The notes: generated from the letters alone by a model not told the origin. Numbered from the stretch's first letter, positions 20,037 to 30,765 are shown. The stretch: 64,000 nucleotides of DNA from Candidatus Cloacimonadales bacterium (GCA_963665815.1 OY762463.1:384001-448000); one strand, 5' to 3'. Numbers and translations are program-made.

Positions 20037-22082
20037 TTATATCAAACCATCCCGTTTCAGGAGAGAATCAACCTCAGGTTCATGCCCTCTGAACGCTTTA
20101 TAGAGTTCCATAGGATGTTTTGAGTCACCTTTTTCAAGGATTTCAGTTCTGAATTTAGCTGCAGTTTCTTTGTTGAAGATTCCTGTGTCTTTAAAATACT
20201 GGAATGCGTCAGCTTCGAGAACTTCAGCCCATTTATATGAATAATAACCTGCAGAGTATCCACCGGCAAAGATATGTGCAAATGCACATGACATGTTAGA
20301 TTCGTCTGAAGCAGGGAAGAGGGATGTACGAGCAAGCAGTTTGTCTTCGTATTCTTTCACATCTTTAACTTCGGAAGTATCTTTATAGTGCCAACCCATA
20401 TCAAGGTCACCAAAAGCAACCTGTCTTATATTCATATAACCTTTATTATATGTTTCTGATGCCTGAACTTTCTTGATCAGTTCTTCAGGGATTCTTTCAC
20501 CTGTTTCGTGATGTACTGCAAACATATCCAGAGCTTCTTTTTCTTTGATCCAGTTTTCCATAATTTGAGATGGAAGTTCAACAAAGTCCCAGAGTACGTT
20601 AGGGCTTGCCACTGCTTTATATTTACAATTGGAAAGCAAACCGTGAAGTGCGTGACCGAACTCATGGAAGAGTGTTCTTAACTCACCATAAGAAAGCAGA
20701 GCAGGTCTGTCGCCTGTAGGAGGTGTAAGGTTAGCAACTATTGCTACGTGAGGACGTTTGATAACGCCGTCGCTTAAACCCTGATCTCTGAATGTAGTCA
20801 TCCAGGCTCCACCGCGTTTGGTAGCTCTTGGGAAAAGGTCGAGATAAAGAATACCAATATCTTTTCCTTCTTCATCTGTTACATCGAAAACTCTTACATC
20901 TTCATGGTAAACAGGGATATCATGTAATTCTTTATATTTAAGCCCGTAAAGCTTTGAGGATACATCAAATACACCTTGAATACAATTATCTGCTTTAAGG
21001 TATGGTCTTAATTCTTCTGAATCAAAATCGAATTTCTTTTTCTTAAGGATTTCGCTGTAATAGCCAAAGTCCCATGTCTCAAGTTCTTCGATTCCGTCCA
21101 TTTCTTTGGCGAGATCTTTAATTTCCTGAAGTTCTTCTTTTGCTTTAGGGTAAGCAACTTCATAAATTCTGTTGAGGAAATTAATTACGTTTTCAGGTGA
21201 TTCTGCCATTCTTTCGGTAATAACATAGTCTGCATGTGTATTGTATCCGAGAAGTTTAGCTCTTTGTGTTCTCAGTTCAACAGTTCTGAGTACAGTTGCC
21301 TGATTGTCAAACTCATCTCTGAATGCTCTTTTTTTGAATGCACTGGAGATTTGCTGTCTTAGCTCACGTTTCTTTGCATAAGTAGAAACAGGCAGCATGC
21401 TTGGGAATTGCAGTGTGAATACCCAGCCGTCTTTTCCTCTCTGCTCAGCAGTATGCTTTGCAGCCATCTTAGCATTTTCAGGGATTCCCTCAAGGTCTGC
21501 TTCGTCTGTGATGTGCATTTCGTATGCATTTGTAGAGTTAAGCAGGTTCTGATTAAAGGTAGGACTTAATCTGGAAAGCTCCTGATCTATTGCTTTGAGC
21601 TTTTCTTTGTCTTCATCTGACAGTAAAGCTCCGTTTCTTGTAAATCCTTTATAGCTGTTTTTTACGATTCTCATTTCTTCTTCGGAAAGATTGAGAGAAT
21701 CTCTTTTGTCATAAACAGCTTTTACTTTTTCAAATAATACAGGATCAGTAGAAATACTGCTACTGAATGCAGCGATTTTGGGGGAGATTTCCTGGGCAAG
21801 CGCTTTGAATTCGTTATCAGATTCAGCACCAAGTAAGTTGAAAAATACTGTTGTAGCTTTGTCAAGAGCCGGGGAGCAGTTGCTTAAAGCAAAGATTGTG
21901 TTTTCGAATGTCGGTTCTTCCGTATTTGCTTTAATTGCTTCAAGATTGTTTTTAGCCTCTTCAAGACCAAAGTCTACTGCAGGGATGTAATGTTCCTTTT
22001 TGAAAAGATTAAAGGGAATTGCTTCGTACTTTCCAACCCTTTCTGCGAACAGAAGTGGATTTTTTTGAATATCACTCATCAT
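20037..22082 (-). CDS. M3A metallopeptidase (peptidyl-dipeptidase Dcp/oligopeptidase A-like)
   Basis: LFHEFGHALH, WDFVELPSQIMENW, GYSAGYYSYKWAE and KRGGAW. Confidence 0.93.
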   Translation of the reverse strand: MMSDIQKNPLLFAERVGKYEAIPFNLFKKEHYIPAVDFGLEEAKNNLEAIKANTEEPTFENTIFALSNCSPALDKATTVFFNLLGAESDNEFKALAQEISPKIAAFSSSISTDPVLFEKVKAVYDKRDSLNLSEEEMRIVKNSYKGFTRNGALLSDEDKEKLKAIDQELSRLSPTFNQNLLNSTNAYEMHITDEADLEGIPENAKMAAKHTAEQRGKDGWVFTLQFPSMLPVSTYAKKRELRQQISSAFKKRAFRDEFDNQATVLRTVELRTQRAKLLGYNTHADYVITERMAESPENVINFLNRIYEVAYPKAKEELQEIKDLAKEMDGIEELETWDFGYYSEILKKKKFDFDSEELRPYLKADNCIQGVFDVSSKLYGLKYKELHDIPVYHEDVRVFDVTDEEGKDIGILYLDLFPRATKRGGAWMTTFRDQGLSDGVIKRPHVAIVANLTPPTGDRPALLSYGELRTLFHEFGHALHGLLSNCKYKAVASPNVLWDFVELPSQIMENWIKEKEALDMFAVHHETGERIPEELIKKVQASETYNKGYMNIRQVAFGDLDMGWHYKDTSEVKDVKEYEDKLLARTSLFPASDESNMSCAFAHIFAGGYSAGYYSYKWAEVLEADAFQYFKDTGIFNKETAAKFRTEILEKGDSKHPMELYKAFRGHEPEVDSLLKRDGLI

Positions 22083-22209
22083 ATTCTCCTTGTTAGATTG
22101 ACTTAAGTGAATCCTCCCTCGATCACTTTAGTTTGAAACCAATAAAAAAAATGGACAAAATTATGCAATCAATTTCTTGTTAATTTAAAATCATTACAGG
22201 ACGGACACA

Positions 22210-22782
22210 ATGAGCAGAAAACATTCTGTTGTTTTAATTTTATTGATAATATCAATTACTCTCGGTGCTGTGGACACATATATACAGGAAGTCTACAGAA
22301 AAATGTACCTTAGCGACTATACGGGAGCGCTGGAACAGGTGGAAAAAGCACTGAAAAAAGAACCCCTTAATATAGAAGTTCTGGAGCTGAAGGCCTATGT
22401 TTTTTTCCAGATGGAAAAGTACGACAAAGCCCTTATCTGGATTGAACAGGCAATAGCTCAGGATTCCACTAAAATCTCTGCTGCCATGCTTAAAGGCTCG
22501 ATATACGATCTGCAGAACAAGAACAAGAAGGCTATAGCTGTCTACGATAAAATCCTTGCTATAAACTTTGACAATGATACAGTCTGGGAAATGAAAGCTG
22601 TTTCTCTGGAAGGCATGGAAAAATACGAGGATGCTATTAAGAGCATTGACAAGGCGATCCAGTTCAATCCGGAAAAACCGGAATACCTGTACACTAAAGC
22701 CCGAATCCTGGAGAAAACCGGTAAAAAAGCCGAAGCCAGAAAACTACGCGAGGAAGCTAAGAAGATTGAGATAAGGATGTAA
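22210..22782 (+). CDS. Secreted TPR protein
   Basis: Signal peptide plus 4-5 TPR units. Confidence 0.8.
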   Translation: MSRKHSVVLILLIISITLGAVDTYIQEVYRKMYLSDYTGALEQVEKALKKEPLNIEVLELKAYVFFQMEKYDKALIWIEQAIAQDSTKISAAMLKGSIYDLQNKNKKAIAVYDKILAINFDNDTVWEMKAVSLEGMEKYEDAIKSIDKAIQFNPEKPEYLYTKARILEKTGKKAEARKLREEAKKIEIRM

Positions 22783-22805
22783 AAATTGATTTTAGGAGAT
22801 TTTTT

Positions 22806-24218
22806 ATGGGTAGAGTGATACTGATTGTTTTAACACTTGTGATAGCTGTATTATGTTTTGGTGGTTTTGAAATTGACTCGCTATATAATATAAATCCTGA
22901 AGTGAAGAAATTTATTGATGTTAACGGGATTCTCGCAAAGAAAATTGGAATAACAAGCGATAATAGCATTGTGATTTTTGGAGATTACAAAAGCTACAAT
23001 GACTCTCCTTGCTATATTGACAAATATAAATGTATTTCTACTAATAAAAACGGTTGCTTTATTGCAAAATATGATAGTCTAATGATTTTACAATGGGTTA
23101 AAGATATCAATATTACTCAAATAACATCTCTTATAGGCAATACGAGATTCGGTAGTGTCTCAGCTGTCGATCTTGAAATTGATAGTAAAGATAACATTGT
23201 TGTTTCAGGAACTTTCTCTGGTAATCTGAACATTGATAATGAGTTAGTTCTGAAATCTTCGAGATGGCAGACTTCATTGAAATCGTATATCATTAAAATC
23301 TCAAATCATAGTGAAATTTTGTGGTCAAAGAAACTTAAGTACAACTTATCATGCAAGATCAAAAATATATGTCTTGATAGTTCAGATAATATATATATGA
23401 CTGGAAGTTACGTAAAAGAATTTTTTAACTTCTCATTTGGTAAATCGTTTTTAGATAGTTTTTTTAATGATAATTTATTTATTGGCAAAATATCTGCTAA
23501 TGGAAGAAGAAAATGGTTCAGAAAATTTAAATCTGAAAAGCAGAATTCTGGAACAGATTTGTGTTATCTTAATGGTAATTTATATGTAATTGGTTATTAT
23601 GAGAAAGACTTGCAATTTAGCAAAGGGAAAATCTTAAAAATTGATTCTGAAGTTCAACAACATTGTGATGTATTTATTGCTAAGCTTTCAGCTTTAAATG
23701 GTGAAAAGAAAGACATCAGAAAAACAAGTTACAGACTATTCTTCAGTAAATCAAACCCAACCGTGCAAACAAGTTCAGATTTCTACACATTCAATATTGA
23801 CTTGAAAATATTCCCGGATGGAGACAATCTATATGTTACAGGATTCAAAGACATTTACACTTATCTTTTAATTTTGACATCTGATCCTGTTTGCATGATT
23901 TATCCTGAGCAAATACTGACAAAAGTAAGTGAGAAACTTGAGATCAAAGATTATGAACTTCAATTGAAAAAACTTCAAAACTTCTCATATCAGGAAGGAG
24001 ACACTATCTTTACCTCATATCTGTATAGACATATGCATGGAATTATAAAGAATAATGAACTGTATTCTGAGAAATACACAAAAGAGATTACATTTCTTGA
24101 TAGCACAATTTCAGGAAACTACTACTACTTACTAACATCAGAAATTTCGAGTAATACTGGGATGAAGAGTAATTTAGTTCTTAAGAAATACAATCTGAAT
24201 CGACCAAGCAGGATATAA
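22806..24218 (+). CDS. Secreted beta-propeller (SBBP-like) protein
   Basis: Signal peptide; repeated D..DNI.V.G.F/Y and FIAK...G...W units. Confidence 0.6.
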   Translation: MGRVILIVLTLVIAVLCFGGFEIDSLYNINPEVKKFIDVNGILAKKIGITSDNSIVIFGDYKSYNDSPCYIDKYKCISTNKNGCFIAKYDSLMILQWVKDINITQITSLIGNTRFGSVSAVDLEIDSKDNIVVSGTFSGNLNIDNELVLKSSRWQTSLKSYIIKISNHSEILWSKKLKYNLSCKIKNICLDSSDNIYMTGSYVKEFFNFSFGKSFLDSFFNDNLFIGKISANGRRKWFRKFKSEKQNSGTDLCYLNGNLYVIGYYEKDLQFSKGKILKIDSEVQQHCDVFIAKLSALNGEKKDIRKTSYRLFFSKSNPTVQTSSDFYTFNIDLKIFPDGDNLYVTGFKDIYTYLLILTSDPVCMIYPEQILTKVSEKLEIKDYELQLKKLQNFSYQEGDTIFTSYLYRHMHGIIKNNELYSEKYTKEITFLDSTISGNYYYLLTSEISSNTGMKSNLVLKKYNLNRPSRI

Positions 24219-24220
24219 TT

Positions 24221-24964
24221 ATGCATAAAATTGCCCCCCAAAAGCTACTAACCTCCATGGCAGCCACAGAGTACACCATTTTCTATCATCCGGAGTACAC
24301 TGTAGACACAGAATACGGCAGGTTTGAGCATATTCCTCAGTTCCGGGAAAGACACGATGCACACCAGATTTTCAATTGCAACCTTAAAGGTCGAGATATT
24401 AGTGACTTCATCAATTATGCTGAGAAGCTGTTTAAAGAAAATGAATTGGATTACATTAAATTTACAGGGCATTGTCAGGAAACATATCAGAGACTGGTTG
24501 ATGCGGGATATAATCCTGAACGCGAATGGATGATGCTCAAGAAGAATCCCTCTTCCAAATCGGATAATCCTGATGTAACAGTTGAAATCGTAGAGCCTAA
24601 TTCCAAACGGGAGCAAGAATTAGACAAAGATTGTCCTGAACTCAGGAGATGCGATTACTATAAAAACGCTGACTCCCATCTCGAGGGTAAACTGGTGTAT
24701 GCATTCCTTAATAACAAGTTAGCCGGATCAACAGGCTGGTACTTTGCAGGTGATTTTGCCAGATTCCGTTTTGTGCAGACCTTACCTGAATTCCGCAGAC
24801 AGGGCGTTGCTACAACAATGATTCATCATGTACAGAACCATAGAGATATACTAGCTAAAAAGGGCCTGGTAATATTCTGTGACGATGAAAACACAATAAG
24901 GCTATATGAAAGTCTGGGATTCAAAAAGCAGGGATTTGTCTGGTCAGTGAGGAGGGAGATGTGA
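24221..24964 (+). CDS. GNAT acetyltransferase
   Basis: C-terminal VQTLPEFRRQGVAT and RLYESLGF. Confidence 0.85.
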   Translation: MHKIAPQKLLTSMAATEYTIFYHPEYTVDTEYGRFEHIPQFRERHDAHQIFNCNLKGRDISDFINYAEKLFKENELDYIKFTGHCQETYQRLVDAGYNPEREWMMLKKNPSSKSDNPDVTVEIVEPNSKREQELDKDCPELRRCDYYKNADSHLEGKLVYAFLNNKLAGSTGWYFAGDFARFRFVQTLPEFRRQGVATTMIHHVQNHRDILAKKGLVIFCDDENTIRLYESLGFKKQGFVWSVRREM

Positions 24965-27348
24965 AAAGAATCAACTATTACGGTATACTAATATTTTTGT
25001 TATACTGTACATATTGTTTTAGCACTGCTGTAAGTATATCTAGATTTCCTAGCAAAGGTCCAACAGAAATGAGTAGATATTCACACGATTTTTTTGATAT
25101 AGAGGGTGCAGAAAAAATTACTGAAATATACAAAGGTACTCTTTGGGACGATCTTGACACATTATCTGTTACTGAATGCGTAAATTTAGAATATTTTGAT
25201 GTATCAGGTACAAGGATAAATTGCATTAATGGTATTGATACTTGTATAAAGTTGGAAAAACTATTTATTGATTACTCAAACATTAAGGATTTTTCATTTA
25301 TTGGAAAGTTGGAGAACCTTACTCATCTTTCTATCGCAAGCAATAATCTATCTGATGTCTCATTTCTGAAAAATCTTAAAAAACTGGAATATCTTGATAT
25401 AAGCGCAAATAATATTTCTGATATCAGTGTTTTAGCTGATTTACACAATCTTAAGTCACTGTATTTTGCAGGAAACAATATTGATGATATATCAATAATT
25501 TCATCTCTGAAACAACTTGAAGTTCTTGATCTTAATTACAATAACATCAGAATGCTTGATTTTCGCTCAAGTTTCCCAAACCTGAAGTATTTTACTGCTG
25601 CTGAGAATGCAATTGATAGTGTTCTTAATTCTGAATCTCTGTTAAATCTGGAAGAAATCAATCTACAGCAGAACAGAATAAATGATATATCATTCCTGAG
25701 AAATTCAACAAAACTTAAGAAAATCTGGTTGGACGGAAATAATGTTTCAAATCTTGAGCCATTAAGCAATTTGGCATCGTTGAAACAATTGTGGATAAAT
25801 GAAAATCCCCTGAATGATTCTGATTTAGCAGCTTTACAGAATGTAGGCTGGATATGGTTCAACAACAATCCGATTATAAATCTTGCAGATGATGATCCAA
25901 TTGAATTTGCTGATTCTAATTTTAAGGAGGCGTTAAAGATATATTTTGACATTGGAGATCGGGATATACTTCTGAGAGACTGTAATAAGCTGGAATCTAT
26001 ACATTTAATAGGTTCATTCACCAGTTTTGATGGGATTCAGTACTTCAGGAATTTAAAAGAGGTATGGATTGAGAAGGAGATTTGTAATGTAAATGATATT
26101 ACTGATATTGGTGTAAGTACATTAGAAGGAATGACAATTGATCCTGATAAAAAGACATGTTTCAAAACCTATAAAACGCTGTATTTTAATGAGATACAGT
26201 CAATGACAAATTGTACTAATCTCAGAATATCTGGGTTCAACATAAATTATATTCCTAAGTTGACTAATTTCTGTAAATTAAATTACTTAGTAGTTGATGA
26301 TGCTAAACTCTACCATCATTTGCATTTGGAATGCCCTGATTTGAAAGGTTTACTGCTTCGCTCCAATTACTATAGGGATTTTGATTTTTCTACTATACCT
26401 GAATCTTTAATTAACCTTTATCTTAGAGGAAACAGCTTCAGAGACATAAGCCTGAAAGAAAATGAAGCCTCAAAACTTAAAAGACTGGAATTAGAGGATT
26501 GTGAAATTCAATCATTCTCTTGCAGTTCAGATATGGAACTAAAAGAACTTAATCTGGGATTGAACTACATTTCAAGTTTTGATTGTAGTTTCGGAAAAGA
26601 TCTAGAAGAACTTCTGTTAAATAATAATCAAATTGATAGTGTTCTGCATTTGAATATGTTGGCGAACCTGAAAGTTATTAATCTTTCAAATAATAACTTC
26701 ACATCTTTAAACGGTTTAAATGATTTACTTTCATTGGAAATCATACATGCTGATAATAACAGAATAAAATCTATGAAGGCTTTATCAAATCTCCCTAAAC
26801 TCAGCACTCTGAACTTGAATTATAATGAAATAGAGAAGCTCCCGAATTTTAAAAAGAAAAACATGCTTGCAATAGAGGTTTTAGAAATAAAATCAAATAA
26901 TCTCTCAAAAATAGATAATTTGAAGTTTCTGAATAAACTAAGAGAATTGGATGTAAGTTCAAATAGTATAAAGTCTTTTAGTATTTTGAAAAAACTGAAG
27001 AATATTGAACAGCTATTTATCTCAAGGAATAAAGTGAAAAATATAAATTTTGCTTCTAAGATGAATAATTTACTTGTATTCACTGCTAATGGTAGTAAAA
27101 TCAAGAAAATTCCTAAATTCAAAGGTTTTAATCATGGAGTTCGTTTGTCTTTACGTAACAATGAGATTGAAGATATTAAAAACCTAAATCTTCTTGATGA
27201 AAGTAGTAGTATAGATTTGACTAATAATAAGATACAAAGTCTAGAAGATTTGGAGAAGAAATTTCGTATCCTATGGATTGGAGGTAATCCGTTAAATGAG
27301 GAATCAATTAGAATTGCGGAAGATAGTAACAAGATCAATTTAGATTAA
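24961..27348 (+). CDS. Secreted internalin-like leucine-rich-repeat protein
   Basis: Signal peptide; many 22-aa LxxLxLxxNxIxDIxxL repeats in two blocks separated by an IEFADSNFKEAL cap. Confidence 0.85.
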   Translation: MKRINYYGILIFLLYCTYCFSTAVSISRFPSKGPTEMSRYSHDFFDIEGAEKITEIYKGTLWDDLDTLSVTECVNLEYFDVSGTRINCINGIDTCIKLEKLFIDYSNIKDFSFIGKLENLTHLSIASNNLSDVSFLKNLKKLEYLDISANNISDISVLADLHNLKSLYFAGNNIDDISIISSLKQLEVLDLNYNNIRMLDFRSSFPNLKYFTAAENAIDSVLNSESLLNLEEINLQQNRINDISFLRNSTKLKKIWLDGNNVSNLEPLSNLASLKQLWINENPLNDSDLAALQNVGWIWFNNNPIINLADDDPIEFADSNFKEALKIYFDIGDRDILLRDCNKLESIHLIGSFTSFDGIQYFRNLKEVWIEKEICNVNDITDIGVSTLEGMTIDPDKKTCFKTYKTLYFNEIQSMTNCTNLRISGFNINYIPKLTNFCKLNYLVVDDAKLYHHLHLECPDLKGLLLRSNYYRDFDFSTIPESLINLYLRGNSFRDISLKENEASKLKRLELEDCEIQSFSCSSDMELKELNLGLNYISSFDCSFGKDLEELLLNNNQIDSVLHLNMLANLKVINLSNNNFTSLNGLNDLLSLEIIHADNNRIKSMKALSNLPKLSTLNLNYNEIEKLPNFKKKNMLAIEVLEIKSNNLSKIDNLKFLNKLRELDVSSNSIKSFSILKKLKNIEQLFISRNKVKNINFASKMNNLLVFTANGSKIKKIPKFKGFNHGVRLSLRNNEIEDIKNLNLLDESSSIDLTNNKIQSLEDLEKKFRILWIGGNPLNEESIRIAEDSNKINLD

Positions 27349-27534
27349 CAATAATCCTCAAAAATAGTTTGATACAATGTTTTTTTATGGAAAGTGTGAA
27401 GCAATATTTGATATTATTAAAAGGTGTTGGAATATATATGTATGGATTTAGTGCTCAGGTTTTTCTCGTAACTATACTATTAATATCATGTCATTTAATC
27501 AGTATTGATAATCTTTAATATACAAGCTCTCTGA

Positions 27535-27722
27535 CAGATCGTGTAAAAACGTGTTTTTCATTTTAATTTATTAACATATTTTGTCGCAGATTTTCCCGAA
27601 TTATCGGGACTCAATCAACTTAACCTGCTGAAAAAAATATAAATATAAGCTCCCTGAGCGGAGTCCAAGGGGATTAGTTTTAAGGGAATGAAACGACAAA
27701 AATTACGTTTATGTACAAACTT
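27535..27722 (+). mobile_element. MITE-like TIR element, copy C (right end decayed)
   Basis: cagatcgtgtaaaaacg ... ctcaatcaacttaa ... agctccctgagcggagtccaaggg ... acgacaaaaattacgtttatgtacaaactt; collinear with copy B. Confidence 0.75.
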
Positions 27723-27872
27723 TATGCAGAGTCGAAAACATAGTAAGATTAGTTATCCAGATTTTCAGAAATCTTCTTTAAATAGTTAGTATGTCAGTGA
27801 GTTCAATATAAAAACTATTATAGAGAACTCAAGTCATTCTGATAATTCGTAACAACTCAAATTCTTAAATCT

Positions 27873-28355
27873 TTATTTCATCCTCTTTTCCATATTGTAG
27901 GATTCTTCTTCAGGGTCTCCCGGATTAGAGATGCTGACAATATGGAATCCGCATTTATTAACGTAGAAATTATGATTACGTTTAGAGAATCCGGGTGTTT
28001 CAGTCTTCCACATAATTGTATCGGGGTACTTCTCTTCAATCATTTTCCAGACATGTAAGCCAAGACCTTTGTCCTGCAGGTTAACATCGAGATACAGACA
28101 ACCAAGCATGTTAATGTTGTCAGGGCGAATCCAGAGGATAGCAGCACCTATTGCTTTTTCGTTCTGCTCAATAACATAAGCCGTGCTATGTTGGTGCAAA
28201 GCCCACTTTCTGAGAAAGTCACCATTGTCGTATCCGGGAGGTCCACCTTCCGGCTTGTTAAGGTGTCGTCTGGAATCTTCATCAAAAGAGCGTTTCATAA
28301 TAGCTGTGAGTTCTTCTATATCGTTTTCCGAAAAAGGTCTGAATTTTATGTCCAT
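27873..28355 (-). CDS. GNAT acetyltransferase
   Basis: LQDKGLG and RNHNFYVNKCGF. Confidence 0.85.
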   Translation of the reverse strand: MDIKFRPFSENDIEELTAIMKRSFDEDSRRHLNKPEGGPPGYDNGDFLRKWALHQHSTAYVIEQNEKAIGAAILWIRPDNINMLGCLYLDVNLQDKGLGLHVWKMIEEKYPDTIMWKTETPGFSKRNHNFYVNKCGFHIVSISNPGDPEEESYNMEKRMK

Positions 28356-28594
28356 AATTATCTCCTGATAAAGAAAAGCAGCAGCAGCGAATTTATTGTC
28401 AATTTATTTGTAAGCCATGGAATGAATGAAAAAAATGGAAGAAGATATCAAGCATAATCCCTTGCAAATGGGCAAAGTCCTTCGCAATGGCTGACTTTAT
28501 CTATCGAGTAAATTGTACCTGACGGATATACTTCTGCAATATATGTAAGTTGCTCAGGAAGAGCTAAATGTCTTTAGAAAAACCATGGTCAAAA

Positions 28595-29209
28595 TCACTC
28601 TCCTTCAAGTTCTTCCATCTGGGGTTTGATATGTTTTTCCATACAATCTGGGCAGATACTATGGCTGAATTCAGCAGAGGAGTGACTGGCAATGTAGCTT
28701 TCTATTTCCTGCCAGTAATTCTTGTCATCACGGATTTTCTTACAGTAGGAGCAAATAGGGAGGAGTCCCTGCAGTGTTTTAACTTCGCTGAGTGCTTTCT
28801 GAAGCTCCTGTCTCTGCCATTCAACTTTCAAAGCGTTTTTAATTCGCATTACCAGTTCAATCTCATCGATAGGTTTCTTGAGAAAATCGGATGCACCTGC
28901 TTCAAAGCTTTGTCTGAGGGGTTCAGAGTTATGCATGTCAGCTGCTGTAATCATGATAATCGGGACATTGCGCCATTCTTTCACAGATTTCACTTTCTCA
29001 CATAATTGATATCCATTCATTTCCGGCATCATTATATCAGAAAGGATTATATCCGGAATATCTTCACCAAGCTTCCTGAGCAGACTTTCAGCTTTCAGGA
29101 ATTCCTGAGTATTACGGAATCCGGCTTCCTTAAGAAGCTCGTTTATCAGTAAAAGATTATATTGGTCATTATCCAGAACATATATTCTTGCATCAGTGTA
29201 ATTTCTCAT
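28595..29209 (-). CDS. Response regulator (REC domain plus C-terminal LLPICSYCKKIRDD...SHSICPDC Cys-rich tail)
   Basis: DIILSDIMMPEMNG and FLKKP receiver motifs. Confidence 0.88.
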   Translation of the reverse strand: MRNYTDARIYVLDNDQYNLLLINELLKEAGFRNTQEFLKAESLLRKLGEDIPDIILSDIMMPEMNGYQLCEKVKSVKEWRNVPIIMITAADMHNSEPLRQSFEAGASDFLKKPIDEIELVMRIKNALKVEWQRQELQKALSEVKTLQGLLPICSYCKKIRDDKNYWQEIESYIASHSSAEFSHSICPDCMEKHIKPQMEELEGE

Positions 29210-30765
29210 TTGGACTCCTGTTTAATCATTGCAAAGATGTCTTCCTTATTCTCGGAATTATTGATTATACTCAGTGCTTTTTGCACCTGTTGGTCTCTTG
29301 TCAGTAATTCCTTATATTTGAAATCTTCTCCGTGTTCCAATCCCATAAATTCTGATTTTATCAGATAAGAAATTGTTGATTTATTTTTATATATCTCTTT
29401 TGTGTTGATGTTCTTTATTGAAGATTTGGCAAAAGCTGCAAACTCTTTGAAAATATTGTCAGAAAGAATAAAATCTTCAGTCACATTTAAAGAATTTTTG
29501 CTAAAATAATCCACGGCAAAACTAAAATATATATGTTTTTCAAGTAATTCTGTCGCAACATCAGTAAGTTCAAGTTGTGTTACTTCGAGATCCGGCTTTA
29601 TTCCATCACCGGAGTTAACTTCTCTTCCATGCAAAGTATAGTACTCTGTAGAATCATCAATTTCTGCATTTTTCTGTATACATCTGCCGGATTTAAGGTA
29701 ATAGTGAGATGTTGTAATTTTGACTCCACCGGTTGAAACAGGGAATATTTGCTGAACAGATCCTTTTCCATAAGATTTCTCACCAATAACCAGGCCAAGA
29801 TCATAATCCTGAATCGTTCCTGCAAAAATTTCAGATGCACTTGCACTTGTATTGTTGATCAATATAATAATAGGGTATTTCTTGTCATATTCATCATCTT
29901 TAGTAAGATAAACAGATGATTTCTTTCCGTCTCTACCTTTTGTGTAAACAATCTGTTCACCTGAATCAATAAATTCATCGAGGCATTTAACGGTTTGAGA
30001 AAGAATTCCACCCGGATTAGATCGAAGATCAATAATCAGTCCCTCGATATTTTCATACTCCAGTTTTCTCAAACTTTCTTCGAACTCCTGCCCGGTGTTT
30101 GAGTTAAATGTAGATATTCGTATGTAACCTGTATTACTTATTGTAAATGCATAGGGGACACTTGGAACAATGATTTTTTCACGTTTCAGGTATAAATCCA
30201 CATCCTCGTTTTCATTTGGGTGTCTTACCGTAATTTTAATCTGAGTTCCGGCATCTCCTCTTATAAGAGTAGAAGACTTTTCAATAGTAATGCCTTTGAC
30301 ATCAATATCATCAACTTTTGTGATTATATCACCGGCTGTTATTCCGGCTCTCGATGCAGGAGAACTTTCCCTTATGGACTTAACAGTAATATAATCGTTT
30401 ATAGTATCGACATTAACACCGATTCCATAGAACAATCCTTGAGAATCATCTTTAAACTCATCAAGCTGATAACCATTCATATAATAAGTGTAGTTATCGA
30501 ATTTTGACATTATGCCATCAATTGCAGCCTGCAATAGAGTATCGGAGGGAATTTCTCGAAAATATTCGTCTTCAAGTTTTTGAATAACTTCAGAGAGCAG
30601 CTGATATTTTCCGGATATATTTCCTTCAGAAAGGTTATGTTTTATCCTTTTGTCAATCTGAGTAAATATAGCCTTACCAATTATAACCCAGATTATTATA
30701 GCAAGAACAGTAAGGACAATATACTTTACGGCCGACTTCTCCGAGATATTCAAATTACTCACCAA
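29206..30765 (-). CDS. S41A carboxyl-terminal protease (CtpA-like)
   Basis: PDZ (GIGV), DLRSNPGG, SASASEI, YGKGSVQ and GIKPD. Confidence 0.92.
   Translation of the reverse strand: MVSNLNISEKSAVKYIVLTVLAIIIWVIIGKAIFTQIDKRIKHNLSEGNISGKYQLLSEVIQKLEDEYFREIPSDTLLQAAIDGIMSKFDNYTYYMNGYQLDEFKDDSQGLFYGIGVNVDTINDYITVKSIRESSPASRAGITAGDIITKVDDIDVKGITIEKSSTLIRGDAGTQIKITVRHPNENEDVDLYLKREKIIVPSVPYAFTISNTGYIRISTFNSNTGQEFEESLRKLEYENIEGLIIDLRSNPGGILSQTVKCLDEFIDSGEQIVYTKGRDGKKSSVYLTKDDEYDKKYPIIILINNTSASASEIFAGTIQDYDLGLVIGEKSYGKGSVQQIFPVSTGGVKITTSHYYLKSGRCIQKNAEIDDSTEYYTLHGREVNSGDGIKPDLEVTQLELTDVATELLEKHIYFSFAVDYFSKNSLNVTEDFILSDNIFKEFAAFAKSSIKNINTKEIYKNKSTISYLIKSEFMGLEHGEDFKYKELLTRDQQVQKALSIINNSENKEDIFAMIKQESK

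Noticed and set aside
27387-27518. 43-codon hydrophobic ORF after the LRR gene
   Set aside because: No RBS or homology; expected by chance in AT-rich DNA.
28455-28565. Possible c-di-GMP riboswitch (gcaaa motifs)
   Set aside because: Lacks the GEMM two-hairpin and GNRA/receptor arrangement, and its orientation does not match the downstream gene.
28568-29005. 145-aa plus-strand ORF
   Set aside because: Antisense to the response regulator.
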